Assembly (NCBI RefSeq): GCF_009914755.1
Contig: NC_060945.1
Reading direction: 5' to 3' (one strand)
Source: the human T2T-CHM13v2.0 reference genome, Homo sapiens
DNA length: 64,000 bases
Shown: piece by piece, positions 58,093-64,000 of the stretch
Position numbering within the stretch: position 1 is the first letter of the stretch
How the letters are laid out: every line of letters starts with the position of its first letter
Notes under the pieces: generated by a model
What the model saw: only the letters and a program-made list of their open reading frames with translations
What the model was told of the DNA's origin: nothing
The model's database searches: none
Translations under genes and position numbers: made by a program

Positions 58093-60771
58093 GCAATGAA
58101 AACACTTGGACACAGGGCGGGGAACGTCACACACCAGGGCCTGTCATGGGGTGGGGGTACTGGGGAGGGATAGCATTAGGAGAAATACCTAATGTAAATG
58201 ACGAGTTAATGGGTGCAGCACAGCAACATGGCACATGTATACATATGTAACAAACCTACATGTTGTGCACGTGTACCCTAGAACTTAAAGTATAATAATA
58301 AATAAATAAATATAAATAAATAAATAAAAGTTTTTATGGAAACAGAAGGAAATTAAATAGCCAAACAATTTTGGAAAACAAATATAAAAGATGACTAAAT
58401 TTACAGAAATCAGAAAAGGTAGTGCTAAATGTTTTTTTAAAAAGATATATGGATCAATAAAATAGAATAGCAAACTCAAATATAGAATCATACAGACGTG
58501 GTTAATAGATTTTCAATATAGATGACAAGGTAATTAAATGGGAGAAAGAAAGTCTTTTCAACAATTAATGCTGGAATAACTGAATAACTATATGGAAACA
58601 GTTGAAATTCGACCCTCATTTGACACCACACACAAATAAAACTCAATGTGGCTCATCAGGCTAACTGTGACATTTCTAGCAAAAAAAAAAAAATGAGAAA
58701 TCTTTGTAAGCTTGAAGAAGGCAAACTTTTCTAGACTGGACACAAAAAACATGAACTATAAACAAATGGTATATGCGAATATATTGGACCTTATTAAGAT
58801 TAAAAACTTCTACTCTTCACTAAAAAATGTTAAGAAGTGAAGGAACAAGCCACAGGTTGGGTAATCCATAATCTGGCAAAGAATATATCTGCAGAAAATA
58901 TAAATAACTCTTAAACTTAAAAATAAGAACATGCGCACACACACATACACACACGCAATTTAAAATGTCCAAAAGGTTTAAACAGACACTTTCTAAAAGA
59001 AGATATACCAATGACCAATAAGCACATGAAAAGATGCTATATTGTTAAGGCAGACTACACAGACTCAAAAGAATGGCTAAATTTTAAAAGACAATACCAA
59101 GTGATGAAGAGGAAACAGAGCAACAGGAATTCTCATACACTGCTGGTAGGAATACAAAATAGTACAATTACTTTGGAAAAGAGTTTGACAGTTTTTTCAA
59201 AGGGTTAAAATACATACCTACTATATAATCTGGAGATTCCACTCCTACATATTTGTTTAACAGAAATGGAAACATATGTTCACAAAGATTTTACTTGAAT
59301 GTTCATAAGCAGCTTTATTCTCACAGTTTCCAAAACCTGGAAACCAGCAAAATTTCTAACCTCAGGTAAATGGTTAAAATAGAATGTGGTATACACATAC
59401 AATGGAATATAACACTGCAGCAGAAAAAGATAGACTATTGATGCAGTAACATCACAGATGAATCTCAAAAATATGCTGAGCAAAAGAAAAACACAAAAGA
59501 TTTCATTAAAAATTCATTTATATGAAATTTTTAAAAAGGCTAAACTATTTTATTGTGAAAAGTAAATAATTTGTTGCCTGGGCCCAGGGATGGAGGAATT
59601 GACTGGAAGTAACATACGGGTACTTTTGAGGGAGTGATGAAAGTATTCTATGTCTTAATTTGGTGGTACATAAGAGTTATACATTTTTTTAAACTCATTA
59701 TATTGTATACTTAATATGCGTGCATTTTATTATATGTAAGTTATGCTTAAACAAAATTTTAAGGGGAAAAAAGGAAAAACTTGGGGGCCATTCTCAAACT
59801 TAACAATTTGACCAAACAGGCTATGTTCTTTAAAACTTAATCCCCTCTTCTCAGTTTGAAATGATTCCCAGAAAACTCCTACTCTTTCCTCACATGTCCG
59901 TGATATTTGCCCTTTGAACTTATTCTCTTAAGAAGACACTCTACTTCTAACCTGGGATGTTCTTGTTACCATCACCACCCAACCTGCAGATCCTTCTGGG
60001 AAATAGGATATAGATTTCTAAACTATGTCCTCACTACTAACTAACTAAAACGGGTATACCGATATTCTTTGTTTTACCACTTTTACTAGATTTAACTGTG
60101 GAGAAAAAGTCATAGATGATGACCATAACCAAGAATGGAGAAAACTACTTACTTGCCCAATACTTCACAAGGGCATAAAATATGCTAACCATTCTAAGGT
60201 TTATGTCAATCTATGGGAAATGCTAAATATTTGGCTTTGGAATCAGTCTACAAAACTGAGAGTGCCCTGGATGTTAGGATGAGTTAGTGGATCTTTCTAT
60301 CTCTCCTCAGAATTTATTTCTTATTCTAAAAGCCAAGACTCCACCTTTTTCTGTTAATATCTTCCTAGTTCTCATGGAAATAATAATAATGAACAAGCAA
60401 ATGATTGAGTGAATGAATGACATTCCCATGGTTCTTCTAAATAGTCACTTTAATGAGAACATTCTAAGAGCAGGCTCTTACAATAGGCTAACAGGTACCA
60501 CACGTATTTCTGATTTTGAACTTAAGTTGCTCACCCATACCTAGTCTATTGATCATCTTTTACAGAGAAGTAGAAAACATATTCATTTACAGATGTTCTT
60601 CACAGTTGAAAGTTCTCTTGCTTATTACCTTCAAATGTGTGAAATAATGGATGGTGACAGCAGTTCTTTCTTTGCAGAGCATTCAAAGAGATAACCTACT
60701 CTATGGTTGGCAGCCATGGCAGGTGTCTACATGGCCCATCAGAGGAAATGATAATTTCACAGTTTATACAG

Positions 60772-61132
60772 TGTGTTAATAGGTTTGGTTGTGAAAACAA
60801 ACCACCCTAAAATCTCAATACTGTGGTTTGCAACAATAGATGCATTTTTGACTCACAAGTCTGAGAGTTGCTGTTAACTCTGCTCAGCTCTGCTCCAAGT
60901 ATCTTTTTATGCTGGGACCCAGGCTAGGCAGATGAAGAATTCTATCTGCTAAAACATGGCTTATATTATGTCCATGTACATCCCCTAATAAAGTCATATG
61001 TCCAAGCTTACCAATGGCACTGTAGGTGTATTCTCTCTAGTGGATTGCACTAGTAGTCAGATGGCAAAAGGAGTGGATGTACACCTCTTGGGAAAGGAGC
61101 AGACAATTGGGAACAATAATAATTTCCACCAC
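60772..61132 (-). mobile_element. MaLR LTR, MLT1H-like
   Basis: aacaaaccaccctaaaatctca...gctgggacccaggct...atggcaaaaggagtggatgta...aattgggaacaataat...ccaca. Confidence 0.65.
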
Positions 61133-62137
61133 ATGTGGTTAACTAAACTAAAAATAATCACCATGCAGAAAAAGGCCATGCTGTCCCTTGCCACTTCTCA
61201 AGTCATCTACAACTTAAGAATATAGAAAAAGCAATCATTACTCCCTTGAAATATCTGCATAGCGCCTAATATTGAGTACAAAAATGCAGGCTAAATAGAT
61301 ATGAAAAGAGATATGGCAGTTTCTGGAAAAAGACCTTGAGGTTGTGGCTTGTCTGCCATTCACCAGATGCACAAATCAATTACACAGCAAGCATTAAAGC
61401 CTGGAAGACAAAAAAAAAAAAAAAAAATCTGATTGAATCAGGAGGGAAGCTAAATACTCTTTCATTCATCTGTTCTGAGTGAAAAATATACAAAATTTAA
61501 ATGAAAATAATTTCCTCCAGCTACCCAAGTGTGATTTACTTTAATAAGGCACTAATTGATATGTTAAACTTGCTATTTTCACCACGTCTTCAAATCTTAT
61601 TATACAAGTCAACTAGCCACCGAGATAACCACTGTGATCTCCTCTAAAAAGCCTACTGAAAACAATCCTGGTCTTAGCCAATTCACTTTTTGTTCATAAA
61701 AGAGAGCTAAGGAGTCCTAAATTACAAAATAATTATTTTGAAGCCCAGCCTTGAGTGCAGATAAACAGGTCCGTAAAGGTGGACTCTAGAGGTGAAATGG
61801 CACAAAAGAATTCTACTACCTTATATACTTGATGTAAATATTTTGGATAAGTCTCCTTCCAGTTTGCTTTATAAGAGAGATTCAGAACTTGAAGGGCTGG
61901 CCAAACAGGCTAAGTTTTCTAGAAATTCATGGAAAAAAAATAAGGAAATATCTGCTAAGACCAGAACCTTCTTGTTTTATGCTAAGTAATTAGGAAGATA
62001 AGAGCTTCATTGAGTTTACTAACTAGTATCACCAAAATCACCATCCAAGGGAAGGGAATGTAGCCCTAAGAGCCTTACAAGTAAAGTAGGCCAGCAACAC
62101 TTTCTTTGTTAGAAATTAAGGGAAACCACTTTCCTTC

Positions 62138-63041
<904 letters not shown>

Positions 63042-63203
63042 TCCTCACTGTTAAAGTTGTGTCTGTTAGATCTTATTCTTCAAAGAACAGAGACAAAAAT
63101 AAGCCTGTGTTCTTTGTTCCTTGCTTCTTCTAATTTTTCTTTAGTATTAATGTCAATATTTTATCATATGCACCATCTAATTTCTGGTAATATCAAGACT
63201 CTT

Positions 63204-63207
<4 letters not shown>

Positions 63208-63239
<32 letters not shown>
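63208..63239 (+). repeat. (TA)n microsatellite
   Basis: About 16 TA units. Confidence 0.95.
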
Positions 63240-63245
<6 letters not shown>

Positions 63246-63255
63246 ATATATAACT

Positions 63256-63624
63256 TAACTGGTTTGTTCTTATGCTGCTAATAAAGATATACCCAATACT
63301 GGGTAGTTTATAAAGAAAAGAGGTTTAATGGACTCACATTTTACATGGCTGGGGAGGCCACAGGAAACTTATAATCATGGTGGTAGAGAAAGCAGATGCG
63401 TCCTTCTTCACATGATGACAGGAGACAGAATAAGAGTAAAGGAGGGAAAAGCCCCTTATAAAACCGTCAGATCATGTGAGAATTCACTCACTCTCATGAG
63501 AACAGCATGAGGGTAACTGCCCCCATGATTTAATTAGTTTCCACCAGGTCGCTCCCATGATATGTGGGAATTATGGGAATAGTTCAAGATGAGATTTGGG
63601 TGGGGACACAGCCAAACCATATCA
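63256..63624 (-). mobile_element. THE1C/D-like solo LTR
   Basis: tgctgctaataaagatataccc...gagatttgggtggggacacagccaaaccatatca. Confidence 0.88.
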
Positions 63625-63879
63625 AGGGTCAATATCTATCAATATAAAATTTCCCTTTGTAGACTGGGAGGTTAAAAATCTACTTTTTGTGATATATAAT
63701 TCATTTTACACGCATTGGGTAATGTAATATCCAGTGATAAGATAGTGTTCTTGTTGCTTCTGTTAGACTATCACAACAGTCCCCAAACTTTTCCAATTTT
63801 TAAATAATCACAATAGAGAAAATCTAGTATAATATTAATGTTTATATCATTACCACTTATGCTACTTTGGGGCATCATT

Positions 63880-64000
63880 TTTTATATATTTTATTTTATT
63901 TATTTTTTATTTTTTAGAGACAGAGTCTTGCTGTATTGCCCAGGTTAGAGGTCAGTGGCATGATTATAGTTCACTGCAACCTCAAATTCCTGGGCTCAAG
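63880..64000 (-). mobile_element. AluJ-type 3' end, cut by the window edge
   Basis: (TTTTA)n tail then agagacagagtcttgct...cctgggctcaag. Confidence 0.85.

Overview
Primate (most likely human) intergenic DNA, AT-rich and dominated by transposable-element relics. No intact protein-coding gene, RNA gene or CRISPR array can be supported, and nearly all ORFs in the track come from Alu, L1, MaLR or microsatellite sequence. There are two processed pseudogenes, each inserted into an old L1: POLR2C (30794-32478) and GAPDH (47461-48729). From memory this pair matches POLR2CP1/GAPDHP16 on human chr21 between SAMSN1 and NRIP1, which I have not verified. Other large elements are a full-length but dead L1PA4-6 (52135-58325), a near full-length L1MA with a monomeric 5' UTR, a complete MSTA provirus, an old ERV1-type internal relic, about 12 solo LTRs and about 11 Alus, many with readable target-site duplications (TSDs). 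I found no new gene system. The most unusual signals are mechanistic fossils: (i) three short locally templated insertions clustered within about 3.6 kb in and around the GAPDH retrocopy, one of which copies a junction created by another; (ii) a short L1PA carrying a candidate 3' transduction inside a perfect 13-bp TSD; (iii) a young-looking array of perfect hairpins inside a MER5 element; (iv) a GAPDH retrocopy with the short MVKV-type N-terminus. Repeat subfamily names come from recalled consensus sequences and need RepeatMasker/Dfam confirmation. Identities were counted by hand.
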